The translations under genes and the position numbers were made by a program. From Marsupella aquatica (Eukaryota > Plantae > Marchantiophyta), in assembly GCA_973895155.1 (NCBI GenBank), contig OZ316894.1, positions 23,062,709 to 23,126,708 of the forward strand: a stretch of DNA of 64,000 nt, given 5' to 3'. Each line of letters opens with the position of its first letter. Position 1 is the stretch's first letter. A model generated the notes under the pieces. It had not been told where the DNA came from, made no database searches, and saw nothing but the letters and a program-made list of their open reading frames with translations. This document shows, piece after piece, positions 11,535 through 27,410 of the stretch.

Positions 11535-12570
11535 CTTGTACCGTTCGGCTCTCGCCGCGCGCGAATAGGACAGTAGCAGATGGAGGTAAGGCAGGAAGGG
11601 AAAATTGCAGCTTATCAACACAGCACATTCCTCGTGGCTCCTTGAGTCCTTTGGTTGCATCAATTGATGGGTTATACCTCTGGAGACTCGTTCGAGAAAC
11701 ATACTGCCTTACTGTACCGCCGGACTAGGCGAGCCCCAGTCCTTTCACTGTAAACTATCTTGCAGTCGGATACAATCTTGTCTTCCTGCGTGTTCCGAGT
11801 GGCTACTTCTCTTAACCATTTGTTGCTCTTGTACTCTGGGAGATTGGCTACCGGCCATGTGCCTAAAGTCTTGTTCGTTTTAAAATGCTGTCCAATGAAT
11901 GTTGTTAGTTTCTACCACGTGCCGAAATTCTTGTCCAGTGGGAACATAATATTTCAACAAGAACATTTCTACAACCGTGCAATTCCTCGCCGCGTTGTTG
12001 CGCAGGGTCTCTTTTTTTAATCTCGGAAGATGTCTCTACCCTTTGTACCGTTCGGCTCTCGCGGCATAGGAGAGTAGCAACCGCAGGTAAGTCCTAGACA
12101 TGGTAGAGACAGGGAAATTGGGGCTTATCTGCTGTTTCGATGTCGAATTCAACACAGCACATTCCTCGTGGCTCCTTCGGTCCTTCCCTGCATTGATTGA
12201 TTTGTCCCCTCTTGAGACTCGTTAGAGACTGTCTTACTGTCCCGCAGGCTTGGCGAGCCTCATTCAGTTCTGAGGTCCGTTTTTGCTACAATAGTTTGCA
12301 GTCCTGTACAATCTTGCAGTCCTGCATATTGCTAGTAGCTCGGTCGCTGAAGCATTTATTGCTCTTGTACTCTGGCAGATTGGGTACCGGCCATCAGGTG
12401 CGTAATTCCTGTTCGTTCTAAATGCGGTCCACTGAATGTTGGTGTTGGTTATTGACTATCGCGTGCCGAAATTCCTGTCCACTCAAAACGTAATATATTA
12501 CAACACAATCATTTCTTCAGCCGTGCAAAATCCTCTCCGCGTTGTTGTGCAGTCTCTTTTCTTAATCGAG
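11535..12570. repeat. Diverged ~500-bp tandem duplication of the ANK-PGG upstream region
   Basis: TTGTACCGTTCGGCTCTCGC occurs at ~11536 and ~12043. CAACACAGCACATTCCTCGTGGCTCCTT, TTGCTCTTGTACTCTGG and CGTGCCGAAATTC each occur twice. Copy 2 has a single version (37440-37950). Confidence 0.75.
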
Positions 12571-13648
12571 TAAGACATTTCTTATTCAACAAAAATACTC
12601 AGAGAGGGTACAAAGCTCATAATCTGTTCTGCAGTGTCAGAACGAGCAAGGGACCTGGCATCACCCGCACTGGGCAGGCCTTCCCTCTGTTGGCTCTCAG
12701 ACGTTGGTACACTCTAATCAACACCGCACTTTCCAAGAAAAAAGAACTCAATTCAAGGAACATGTTAGTGATTCGCACGAGAGCAGATTGACTGATCGAG
12801 GAACTCCTATATTTTGTGTGAGCTACAAGAGCTTGACGGGCGCCTACATTGGACTGATGAGAAGGCCTTCCCTGAGGTGTCTACGAAATTGTATTGGGAG
12901 AAGATCGTGCGGTGCTTGTTCGACTTGAAGCTCCTCATCCACAGGGTGAGTGAGAAGCCTAACTTGCAACTGGAGTTGATTGAGAAGGCAGACTGAGAAG
13001 CTTGTACAAGTACGTTGCTGATTTTGCTTCTGTGTGCTGCTTGTTTCTGCATGTTTGATGCTAGAAATTAATTTGTCACTGGTTCTTTGTTTGTTTAGAA
13101 AAGGGTCTCAAAGCTTCAGATTTTATGGATCTTAACTCAGTAGTTAAGGTACGGACATAAAAAGTTATCAATTGCCAAATTCATGACTCGGAACTTTTTG
13201 CCATAAGTATCGGTCATATATCTTGACCATTAACAGAAATATGTGAGTAGAGAAGTTTTTGAGCTCAAATAACACTAATCATGCAGTATACTAACATCAG
13301 ACTTAAATCAATGATTCCTATGAAAACACCTTATAGAAAATTTTCTGAGTGAATGATTAATGTGAAAGTAATGGTTTAGTTGGCCTCTCGTGATTTAATG
13401 TATTCTTTGTATGTGTTATCTTTCAAATATTCCTGTTTCCAATCATATTTTCGCCTTACAACAAGATTCATAGTTTCATTCAAAGGTTTTGGGATCACCA
13501 CAATGAGCAGATTTCCGTAACTAATGTTAGTAACACTAACTACACTATAGAATGTACTAGTGTAGGGATTTTTTTTACTTCACTAAATACTTGTGTGGGA
13601 AGTAGCATTGCAACAAATTGGTACCAGGCTCCACACCCTTTGCGTGTG

Positions 13649-15133
13649 AGTCGCGGAACTCGACTACCTTAACACTTAGCTCCGACGTCGCTGGCTGCGA
13701 CGTTGAGCTCCCTTATGGTCCAGGCCCGGATAGGCCATTCGGGGAGGACTTAGCATGGGGAGACTTGCGGGCAATGAGACGTGGCACTAGCGAGGCAGGA
13801 GCCAAGCTGGGGACACACACTAAGGACTGTCTTGGACTAGCTGATAGCTAGTCGGGTCAAGGGGAAATGGGCTGGGCTCAAGGATGGCCGTCCGGACCTC
13901 CGGATGGACTTTGAGTTCTGGGGGCTTGAGTGTGAGCTCCTCTTGGGCCCAAGGCCAATGGAGTTGACGCCATGGGCAACGGACACTTGGGGCGCAAGTT
14001 GTGGCCCGATCGGGGGCCCCGAGCGCCGATCAGACATGAGGGCCTAGGCATGAGCACTGGTTCGGCCCGATCACAACGGGCTAAGGCACTCCGCTTGCGG
14101 ATGCCTAACGAGAAAGTTATGGACGTTGCCAGTTGGTGGCGCGCCCATTATGCGTGATAGGATCCAGGTTGGGGGCCAAATGTTTAGGGACCAAAGCTGG
14201 TCTGGGGGTGACAGGTCTCCAGAAGCATACATGAGGGGAGTGGTGTCTCCCTGGGGGCTAAGGGCGAGCAGAAGTCGTGAGCCGAGGCGGTCACGACACT
14301 AAGGGAAAGCGTCAAACGGAAACGGCGATATCTTTCCAACGGGAAGTCCGTTGGAGGACTTATTGGGTGCATTGGAAAGCTCTCGAGGAGGGCTACGTCC
14401 TCCTGGTCTCAGCTGGGTCTGGGGGCGCCATGGATTCTCGAGGTTTGCAGGTGTTAGCTCGCCCGCTTGCCAAATCCTACCGAACAACAGCCAAGCCGCG
14501 TTCAGTCTCCCAAGGGAGCTTACGTTGGGGAGGCAAGGCCAAGTAGGCGTAGAGGTTGAGTTCCAAGGGTGCTCGGCCCCTAGACCATCAGTGGGGCGAG
14601 AACCGGGGGTTGATTGCTAGAGTCGGGGCCATTCTGGTCCCGACATGTTAGGACAAGCTTGGGACAAGCTTTAGGACAAGCTACACTAATTGGGCCATGA
14701 GCATGTCCTGAGGTCAGGGCGGTAAGTTGGTGATGGATAGGTACGAGAGGGAACCCGGGCCGCGCCCAAGGAAGGAGCTGTCCTGGACGGACAGTGGGCG
14801 TGGGTTCTGGTTCCGGCTTATGGCATCGGGAGGACCTATCGCTGACCTATTTACCAACATCTGTTGAGCTTGAGTTAGGATGCTAGACTTGGCGAGTTCT
14901 AGATCCTGAAGGGTTACTTACCGGGGTGCTTGGTTGCTTGTGCAGACAATGAGGGCCGTTGAGTAGCGGTCGTGTAGGTGAGCAAGTGCGGCTTCGTATG
15001 GGAGGGGCCGCGGATGGTGTAAGGGGCACTAGGGTGCTTGCTCGAGGTATTCCATGGAGGCGTTCGGGCGCCAAGGGCACTTAGGCGTGAGTGCTAGGAT
15101 TGGTGAGGGCGCTGGGTGGCTAGGTCCACCACT
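13649..15133. mobile_element. 1485-bp GC-rich non-coding insertion (solo-LTR-like or non-autonomous TE) with 5-bp TSD
   Basis: Flanked by GTGTG at 13644-13648 and 15134-15138, with imperfect inverted termini AGTCGCGGAAC...GGTCCACCACT. Removing it rejoins a SINE hairpin matching 38142-38168. Confidence 0.62.
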
Positions 15134-15210
15134 GTGTGGATGGGGGATTGAACTTGGGACCTCTCAGTTCTAGGCTAATCCCTCAGCCAAGTGGCCAAAG
15201 CCAGTTGCTT
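15134..15210 (-). mobile_element. tRNA-derived SINE head (same family as 37997-38400), continuing at 13628-13648
   Basis: The minus strand reads AAGCAACTGGCTTTGGCCACTTGGCTGAGGGATTAGCCTAGAACTGAGAGGTCCCAAGTTCAATCCC, with an A-box-like and a B-box-like (GTTCAATCC) element. It aligns to the head at 37997. Confidence 0.7.
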
Positions 15211-15395
15211 GAGGGGCGGAATTCTTCAGGGCTGCATAAGTGGAAGTTGGCCCATAATTTTGCTACTCGACTTTTGGCCTTGTTTGGCCCTTTGGTCTTC
15301 CTGGGGATTTTCATGTGTTTTACCTCTATTGTTACACTGGTTTTTACCCCCCTTTATTGGATCTCCGGCATTTGGCATGTTGTGTCTGAATTTGA

Positions 15396-17972
<2,577 letters not shown>

Positions 17973-20499
17973 TGAGAGGGAGAAGTGTCCATTTTGTTCT
18001 CTTCTCAAAGAAACCATAGCTCATTTGGCTGCAAATTCAAAGGACTGAAGAAAGTGTAGCCTTCTTGGAAGCATTCCAAAACGTTCAACTTTCCACAACG
18101 TTTGTGATTAAATGGACAAGCCTTTTTTGTAGTGAGGAACAAAAAACAAAACAAAAAAATTGGTACCAGAATTGGACTACTATGATAACTGTAATGCAGC
18201 TGAATCACAAGGAGGATAACTAAGGAAAACAAGCCCACGGCTTAGATTCCAAATCTAGATTACTCTTACAGATCATATAGACCAGGTTACAAGACAGTTC
18301 TTTAGGGTACCAGTAGGCCATGCCCGTGCATTGCACAGTTGCCATAACAGCTGTGTCAGTTGCTTTGAAGGTATTGTTGTTGAGGAAAATGCTGTCATTG
18401 CGAAAGTGTATGTGTAGGCACCAATGCCTGTGTGTCAATTGCACACTTGCCATTTTGGCTGTGCTGTTATTGTGGAAGTGGTCTTGTAACGGAAAGTGTG
18501 TCACTGCAAAAAGTTTTGTCGTTGAATGAAATTTGTGTTATCAAATGACTTGAAAGATGTTATTATTTTGAAAGTTGTCGGAGGGAATGGAAGGCACAAA
18601 ATGGGTAGGGAGAGTTAGGCGGAGGCCATTGGGCTTTTGGTTGTCCTGGCTTTCCTGTTGTTGTCCCTTGTGTTCCCTTTTGCTTGGGTGGTTCTGCCCC
18701 GTTGCTTGCTACAGAGCACTCTTAAAAATAAAAATAAAAATAAAAATGGGCAGAAACTTTGATTCCCCCTGGGTGTCTATTTATCTAATGTCTAATTTTG
18801 TTCTCCCCGTCTTTGCCCCTTCCCTTATTTTCCCATTCTCTTTCCTCTTGTGTGCCTCCCCTCCCCTCCCCACCCCACCCCTTTGTTCTCCTTTTCCCTT
18901 TTCCACCACATCTTTAGCAGTGTGTACTGTTCAGCCTTAGCAAAGGCATACCCCATCAGAGGGCATCCATGTTTCACTTGCAGACTTAGTTATGGCTCTC
19001 AAGAAGCATTAGAGTATCACACTCTGGTAGTGATAGGTTTTCCATTTTAGTTTTGTTCTTTACTGGTTTTTGCAATTTGCTTTAAATTCCCTTTTTAAAG
19101 TTTATGGTTTGTACGCTTTAGCTTTTACTTCATCCTACTTTATTTGGCCCATGATTGTACTTTGTCAAGTAACTTTGTGCGTTTCTTTTTGGAGGGGAGT
19201 GTTAGTGCCAAATGATGATGAAAAAATCAGTGGTAGCATTCTCTGATTGATCTGATCTGTTTTCCTTGCATTGATCTGACTTTGATTTTTTCTTAATTTT
19301 TTTTCAATACCTTTATTCCAATAAACCAAAGGGAACAACAAGGACACCTGCCTGGGAGGAGGAAGCAGGTTAGACCAAGAGAAATTAAGGGGGCTGCAAG
19401 AAGGAGCAAACCCATAGAAAATTGGAAGGGCATTATCCAACCAAATCGCCTATTGGAAGGAGGTCGATCAGAAGAGGAAGGAGGAGCCCCCAATAACAGA
19501 AGGCACAAGCATAATAATTAATAATAATCATATCCCTGAGAACTGTCTACCAGAAACTGCAACTAGTGCCAGAAGACCGGCCGAGGCTCAACAGGGACGT
19601 AGCCAAACTCCACCCTCCAGTGGCCACCACTTGATAGAGATCCCTTCCTTCACCAGAATAGCGACAGGCCACCATAACTTCCGCAACTCTTAATCTCCAA
19701 TAGTTTATCCGCAACTTTGAATCAATCGTTGAACTTTGTATTGTCCCAAACCTTCTTCTAATTTATGTGCTCCAGTATCTTTTGCTAGTGCAATGTCGGG
19801 CGCCCTGATGCTACGTACTGTTAGTACTATAGTTAGAATCTTCTCTGACTTGCACAAGAGTTTTGGGAACATTTGGGCTTAGATAATTAGGCGATTCTTA
19901 ATTGAATAACCTAATTCATGTTCAGTGAAATTGGGGGATTCATATCACTCCCAGTCAGAGCCTTAGTCAATTTGTGCAATGATCATGACAACCTTGATTA
20001 CACTACATTGTGTACTGCAAGGCAATGCTTGAGCATTGTTGACAAAGAGCTGAGTTCCCTATGGTTTTGTTTGAGAGTCTCTTGGCATGGTGCTCTTTCT
20101 CATACTAGTAGGAAATGTGTGTTGTGAAGGGATTCTTTCAAGTGATATAAATTTTGCTTGCAATGTGCAATTGTACACAACACCTCATGCCCAAAAGAAT
20201 TCTCATTGGACTTTATCCTCTCCAAGTTCCCATCAACTTCCATGATCAAGCCAGATTCTTTCTTATGTTGCATGAGTCCTTACACAAGGAGGATATGCAT
20301 GGTTTGGGTGCAGGGTATTTCCCAACATTCCCCCAGTAATTCATTGTTTGATAACAAAGAAGTAGGTATTCCGGCCATCTTGGGGTAATGCACCCAAATT
20401 ACCTGCTGAAGCCCACAGGTACCAGGGTATATCACACTTAGAGTATTTTGACCTCTCCCCTACGTGTCTCCGAGGAATTTAGCTACGTACAACCACCCA

Positions 20500-22760
20500 C
20501 TTGTGAGGGGGTATTGTTGGGCTATTCTAACGGATGGCTCCAATTGCAGGCGTGTAGGTGTAGGCTGTGGCGTCCGTGGATGTATTGGAGGATGATGTGC
20601 ATCGCAACCATCCAATTTCCCCCCGCGAGGATGGTGAAAGTCCTACTTGCGATGGGGTATTGCTAAGGTATTGTGACAGATGTGCTCCAATTGAAGGCGT
20701 GCAGGTGTAGGTTGTGGCGTCCATGGATGTATTGGAGGATGATGTGCATCGCAACCATCCAATTTCCCCCGTGAGGATGGTGAAAGTCCTACTTGCGAGG
20801 GGGGTATTGTTGGGGTATTGTGACGGATGTGCTCCAATTGAAGGCGTACAGGTGTAGGCTGTGGCGTCCGTGGATGTATTGGAGGATGATGTGCATCGCA
20901 ACCATCCAAGTTCCCCCCGCGAGGATGGTGAAAGTCCTACTTGCGATGGGGTATTGCTGGGGTATTGTGACGGATATGCTCCAATTGAAGGCGTGCAGGT
21001 GTAGGCTGTGGCGTCTGTGGATGTGTTGGAGGATGATGTGCATTGCAACCATCCAATTTCCCCCGCGAGGATGGTGAAAGTCCTACTTGCGAGGATGGTG
21101 AAAGTCCTACTTGCGAGGGGGTATTGCTGGGGTATTGTGACGGATGTGCTCCAATTGAAGGCGTACAGGTGTAGGCTGTGGTGTCCGTGGATGTATTGGA
21201 GGATGATGTACATCGCAACCATCCAAGTTCCCCCCCCGAGGATGGTGAAAGTCCTACTTGCGATGGGGTATTGTTGGGGTATTGTGACGGATGTGCTCCA
21301 ATTGAAGGCGTACAGGTGTAGGCTGTGGCGTCCGTGGATGTATTGGAGGATGATGTGCATCGCAACCATCCAATTTCCCCCCGCGAGGATGGTGAAAGTC
21401 CTACTTGCGATGGGGTATTGCTAAGGTATTGTGACAGATGTGCTCCAATTGAAGGCGTGCAGGTGTAGGTTGTGGCGTCCATGGATGTATTGGAGGATGA
21501 TGTGCATCGCAACCATCCAATTTCCCCCGCGAGGATGGTGAAAGTCCTACTTGCGAGGGGGGTATTGTTGGGGTATTGTGACGGATGTGCTCCAATTGAA
21601 GGCGTACAGGTGTAGGCTGTGGCGTCCGTGGATGTATTGGAGGATGATGTGCATCGCAACCATCCAAGTTCCCCCCGCGAGGATGGTGAAAGTCCTACTT
21701 GCGATGGGGTATTGCTGGGGTATTGTGACGGATATGCTCCAATTGAAGGCGTGCAGGTGTAGGCTGTGGCGTCTGTGGATGTGTTGGAGGATGATGTGCA
21801 TTGCAACCATCCAATTTCCCCCGCGAGGATGGTGAAAGTCCTACTTGCGAGGGGGTATTGCTGGGGTATTGTGACGGATGTGCTCCAATTGAAGGCGTAC
21901 AGGTGTAGGCTGTGGCGTCCGTGGATGTATTGGAGGATGATGTACATCGCAACCATCCAAGTTCCCCCCGCGAGGATGGTGAAAGTCCTACTTGCGATGG
22001 GGTATTGTTGGGGTATTGTGACGGATGTGCTCCAATTGAAGGCGTACAGGTGTAGGTTGTGGCGTCCGTGGATGTATTGGAGGATGATGTGCATCGCAAC
22101 CATCCAAGTTCCCCCCGCGAGGATGGTGAAAGTCCTACTTGCGATGGGGTATTGCTGGGGTATTGTGACGGATATGCTCCAATTGAAGGCGTGCAGGTGT
22201 AGGCTGTGGCGTCTGTGGATGTGTTGGAGGATGATGTGCATTGCAACCATCCAATTTCCCCCGCGAGGATGGTGAAAGTCCTACTTGCGAGGGGGTATTG
22301 CTGGGGTATTGTGACGGATGTGCTCCAATTGAAGGCGTACAGGTGTAGGCTGTGGCGTCCGTGGATGTATTGGAGGATGATGTACATCGCAACCATCCAA
22401 GTTCCCCCCGCGAGGATGGTGAAAGTCCTACTTGCGATGGGGTATTGTTGGGGTATTGTGACGGATGTGCTCCAATTGAAGGCGTGCAGGTGTAGGTTGT
22501 GGCGTCCGTGGATGTATTGGAGGATGATGTGCATCGCAACCATCCAATTTCCCCCCGTGAGGATGGTGAAAGTCCTACGTGTGAGGGTATTGCTTGTGTA
22601 TTCAGACGGATGTGCTCCAATTGTAGGCGTGGAGGTGTATGTTGTGGCGTCCATGGATGTATTGGAGGATGATGTGCATCATCGCAACCATCCAACTACC
22701 CCTCGTGAGGATGGTGAAAGTCGTACTTGCGATGGGGTATTGCTGCGGTATTCTGACTTG
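20500..22760. repeat. ~147-bp tandem repeat, ~15 copies
   Basis: The marker TRTGCTCCAATTG recurs at 20681, 20828, 20975, 21145, 21292 and onward. Units differ mostly by point changes and homopolymer length. One 24-bp internal duplication lies at ~21070-21115. Confidence 0.97.
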
Positions 22761-23092
22761 GGAGGGGGTATTTCTGAGGTATTCTGATGGTATTTGCCGG
22801 ATGTGCGCAGATTGGAGGCATCCAGGGGTCCACTGTGTGCCATTCGTGGATCTTGTGTGCCGGTATTTTGAAAGTATTCCGGGGATGTAGTGTTATTGGA
22901 GGCGTACATGGGAGGTGGATCCACGGAAAAATTCATGGGTACTTGGGGTTACTTCATTCAAATTGACAGACATACAGATTTGACAATGTTTGATTATTTA
23001 GGAGCGCGCGCACGAGTCACAAAACTAGACATATATAAACCCCAAGCCCCTTCACTAGACGATGTTCTACCTGTAGCTATCTGACTAGTACC

Positions 23093-26000
23093 TTAGTCTT
23101 CAGCAACATTCTGTACAACATTCTCGGGGAAGATCCTTTGCTTGCCTTCCGCATTGAGAACCGGTAGATCTCTAATGATTACTCTGTTCTGCTCTAGAGC
23201 CCACCTGGCCACCATGTCTAATAACTCAGACGCAGTCTTCTGAGCATGTTTGGTGAATGGTTTGGGGGAAGTCTTTGATCGCTTGTTTGTATCTGCAACA
23301 AACATGCGCAGCTTGGCGTCCACTTCGCATGTCTTCATCAATCCCATGGCTCTCATGCAGACCACTAATTTGGCGTCTTTAGTGAGTGTGTCAAAGTCTT
23401 GCAAAAGTTTCAGAAAGATAGGGTGGATGTTTAAAAGCACAACAACGGCCCCTCACATCCGAAAACAACTTACACAGCATATGATGCTGAACAGGATTTT
23501 TATATATGTTTACGTAGTGCGGCTGAACTATATATGTACTTACTATGTTTGAGTCTTCAGCAACGTGTGATTTGCCACTTAATCTACTCCTAGTTCCTTG
23601 CGCGCACGGAACTTCTGCCTTGTTTTCCTGAACATATATATAAAATGGGCAGATCATGAAACCTTAAGACCATTATGTTCTACCTCCACCTCATTATACA
23701 CAAATGAATCGTACTTTAAACGAATCTATTACTTTAAACGAAGAACATCTTGAACCGACGGAATGTGTAATCATACCATGTTCTTGCCAGTCAACAACCG
23801 TTGTCGTGCATCCTCCTGTACTTTTGTTGAAATTGCCCTAAATGAAGGTACATTTTCTTTGCCTGGATTTGGAACCTTGCCTCGCCGTGTTCTTGTCAGG
23901 GGTGAATTGAGGTTACCAATGCTTCCAAGGACTCCATCTTGTTCTTTGTCTTTCTCAATCTTTACCTACCACAGCGCAAATCATCAATCAAGTCTCAAAA
24001 GCGGCTCTAAGAAACTTTTCAAGCATCACTTACAGTAGTACGAGGGGAACCTGATCACATTATATCCACCTACAGAATGAAATATTACACGTTCAGATTT
24101 GTACCTTGTACAAGAGAGGGTTATTTTCGTCTGCAATATTGCTGTCAACTTTTTGCCTCTTTACCTGCACCGGAATAAGTACATACCGTAAACAAATTGA
24201 ATTAGTATTGTCACTGTGCAATACATTTACCATATATAATATAAGAGTGCAGCATGACGGTACTTACTTACCTCTTGTTGTTTTGTTTTATCATTAGGGC
24301 GCAAATAAGCACTTTCATCATCCTCATCAGATTGAATGTAAATCTGGGTGGACGGAGTGAAGCAATCAACATGCAAGTTGATAGTCGATGTCGACAATTG
24401 TTTTTGACTATCCTCATCTCCATTGCTGTGTGCAACCTCCTCATCTGCTTGAATTTCTTGCGCCTGCTGTGAAAACGAGCGGCTATGCAAGAGTGGTGAC
24501 AACGGCTCTACCTCCGCTCCTTGTCTTGCATCATCTTCAGGGTCCGTTGATGCAGACGGGGATCCCGAAGGTTTCTTCTCTTCTAAAAGCAGCTGTTGCT
24601 TGTCGGCAGGACAGAGGCCGAAGGCCACATCGTTGGAAGCCTTCCTTGAGACAGCAGAACCCTGGGGAGAAAGTCCTGAATACCCAGGGCACAATTTACG
24701 AGCCAGATTGGCGCTCATGGAACAGTATGCCCTCGGAACAAAAATTAACATGCCCTACAGGAAATTAAACATGACAATATAATTAGAGTCCACAATGCAA
24801 TATAAGAAATTGGGAAAGTATTGCACGTAGGCCACAAATACCCCACTCGTACCCCCTCATACCCCTATTACCCCACCCGTACCATTCGTACCCCACTCTT
24901 ATTCTCATTCGTACCCCATTCGTACCCCAGATATGCCCCACTCATGCTCGGGGGTTTCACTTCCACAAAAATGGCATATCATGTGCGACGAAGGATAGGG
25001 TCATTTTATTGGTTCTAAGGGAAGACTTAAGAATTTTTGTAGAAGAACAATAGGGTCTTTTAAATTCAATTTTGAGACTTATAAGAACATTAGGGCCTTT
25101 TTAATCCAATTTTTAGAATATTCCAAGAATATTCCAACTTTATAGGGGTTAAAAAATAAATAAAAATTCTTACATTTTAGGGGGTCCAAGCCCTAAAAAC
25201 GTCGCAGGCAATGGGGAGGTCCCCATATAGTGAGACCCCCGAGCACTCATGCCTCAAACGGATTCCATAAATAGTTTTCAAATTACAATGTACTCAACAT
25301 TCAAGATGTACTTCAAATAGAGGTCGGTGCATACTTATTGCCTTTAAGTTCCCAAACTGTACCATCTGAAGACCCTTTGCGGGTGTCATCAATGGCACCC
25401 AGAAAGATGATAACTTTGACTTATCGCCATCAGACATGGCCTCCATGAACTTGAGCTTCCACCACCTTACCTTCTTAATAAGGTGGATGCTCTGTGGTAT
25501 TCCACGACCAACCACTTCCCCACTATACTGCCCCCTATATTTGACCGATTTATCCGCGTCTCTCACTTGCAATTCTGCCAAAGTGGGCTTGAAGGCATAA
25601 GCACGAAGTTCCACCGAATACTCGGGGTATGACTGTCCATACTTAATGGCCAGGACCTCATCTTCATCTGCCTGTACCTTCATTTTTTCGAAGTCATCAT
25701 CACCTCTTTTTGCCCCGCTTTTTGCAGCAGTACTTAGGGAACCTGCAATGGAAGTACGTGCAATTGGAGATCAGGATTGTACACACACTAATGCGATGAA
25801 CTCTCAAACAGAACAGAAATCAAGACTGATGAAACTACCTTCCATGTTCCTGGCGGTTGTTTTCCTCCATTCATGCTTTCTGTTCTTCACCACTTCAAAG
25901 AGAAAGGCCTCTGGCCAAGGCATCTCATGTTTAGCCCCTGTTTCGGGACACACAAATTTCAGAGGCACAAGTTCATGCATTCTACTCCTAATATACAATC

Positions 26001-26950
26001 TGCACTTCTCCTTTATTTCTGTGTTAGACTTGAAGTCCGCACTCAAGTATTCGTAGATGTCCTTGTTGGTGTCGTATGTGGAAAACCAGATCCTCACAGT
26101 TCTAAAGTTTGCCTTGTGGGCGATGTGGGCGTGCGCATGACTAGTGGCCAGAATGGAACGTGCAGCAGATTTGTTTGTCACATTGAAAATGTCTTGGGGT
26201 GAAGGATAGAAGGACTGCAGCCGCATTAATGCACGAACAATATATTAGTGTGCGCGCTTTATTTTGTCGAAGGGACCCTATTGGATATATGTAGTACAAC
26301 ATACAAAATTCAAACAAGCAGATCGATATACATGGTATCACACAAAACAACCATACATCACGTATAGCAGGCACACAACAAGGATCATTTGTCATACCCC
26401 TCTCTATTGCGCTGTGTTTGGAACCAGTTACTGGGGTCCCCGCTGGGGTCGACTTCTCTCCACCAGTGCCACAATCCACATGTGAGCCCGCATGTGAGGT
26501 CTCAATCTTAAGCGTATCAGCTGATCTGCCACTGCCTTGGAACGTCATCGAAATGGGATCCTCTTTGACCGAGAGTGGTTGCAGGGTAGAGGTCCCCCTC
26601 TGAAGGGTATCTGAGTTTTTGCCCACGATGTCTAATCGCAACCACTCTGGATCACCTTCGACATTAATTGTTGTGTTTGCGTTGTCAGCTGGAACGAGCA
26701 ACATCGGAAATTGCCTATTCTTCATGTCCTTCCATTCAGCCACCCACTTTCTCAAGGCTGCCATGTGCTTGAAGATATGTATCCCTAGAGTGGAAAAGAA
26801 GAAGGACCACTCATCGTCGGTTCCCATAGCAAAGAAGCCATCCCCAGTAATTGCGAAGTGTTCGATCTTGGCGGAGTACATTGTTGTGCCTATATGTAAC
26901 GCAATTTGCTCACACAACTCAGAAGTGGTCAGCTTGTCCAAGTTGGCCAT
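23093..26950 (-). CDS. Probable multi-exon gene of unknown function with N-terminal SAM-like domain, likely TE-borne; exon structure unresolved
   Basis: Same-strand ORF blocks: 26950-~26385, 26226-25804, 25683-25294, 24751-24227, 23440-23093. The N-terminus LTTSELCEQIALHIGTTMYSAKIEHFAITGDGFFAM...LGIHIFKHMAALRKW follows the SAM pattern (W/L-x-x-EDV..IG..Y...F..I-D/T-G..L...LGI...H...I). Confidence 0.5.
24840..24945. repeat. Degenerate short tandem repeat (CCCCAYTCGTA-like)
   Basis: Repeated ACCCCACTCGTACCCC / ATTCGTACCCC motifs. Confidence 0.7.
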
Positions 26951-27159
26951 TGCAATGTAACATGACCAAAAATTGGGTACTCCCTATGACACTGCACCTC
27001 TTGTGTGCACCTGATCCACGAGAAATTCCCTATGCCATGAGGGACCTGAGGGAGGGACCTAAGTACAATAAACATCGCGAGGCCGATGCAATAGGGAAAG
27101 AAGACTGGACACACACTCTTTTCCCCGCCTTGGAAATGGGTGGTTTGTTTCAAAAATAT

Positions 27160-27410
27160 TTGAACAGCCCACCGAGATTGGAGATCCCCTTGAGAATGCG
27201 ACACAGTTCATTTGCCACCTCAATTTCTTTCTCAGATTTGAACAGCCCACCAAGATTGAAGTGCCCCTCCAGGATGCGACACAGTGCACTTGCCGCCCCA
27301 AGATTGAAGTGCCCCTCGAGGATGCGACATAGCTAGTGCACTTGCCGCCTCAATTTCCCTCAATTTATTTGTCAGATTTCAACAGCCCGCCCAAGTGTCC
27401 CCTTTGAAAT
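27160..27410. repeat. Degenerate tandem repeat upstream of the SAM-like ORF
   Basis: AACAGCCCACC..GATTG..GTGCCCCT..GGATGCGACA recurs 3-4 times. Confidence 0.7.

Noticed and set aside
19270-20420. Minus-strand LINE 3' fragment (T-rich tract at ~19280-19305)
   Set aside because: The tail is suggestive, but I could not recover a convincing RT motif or TSD by eye.
20500-22760. CRISPR-like array
   Set aside because: Units are contiguous near-identical repeats with no unique spacers. The context is eukaryotic and no cas genes are present.
20527-22787. Numerous long overlapping ORFs on both strands
   Set aside because: They are by-products of a stop-poor 147-bp repeat and are not called as separate genes.
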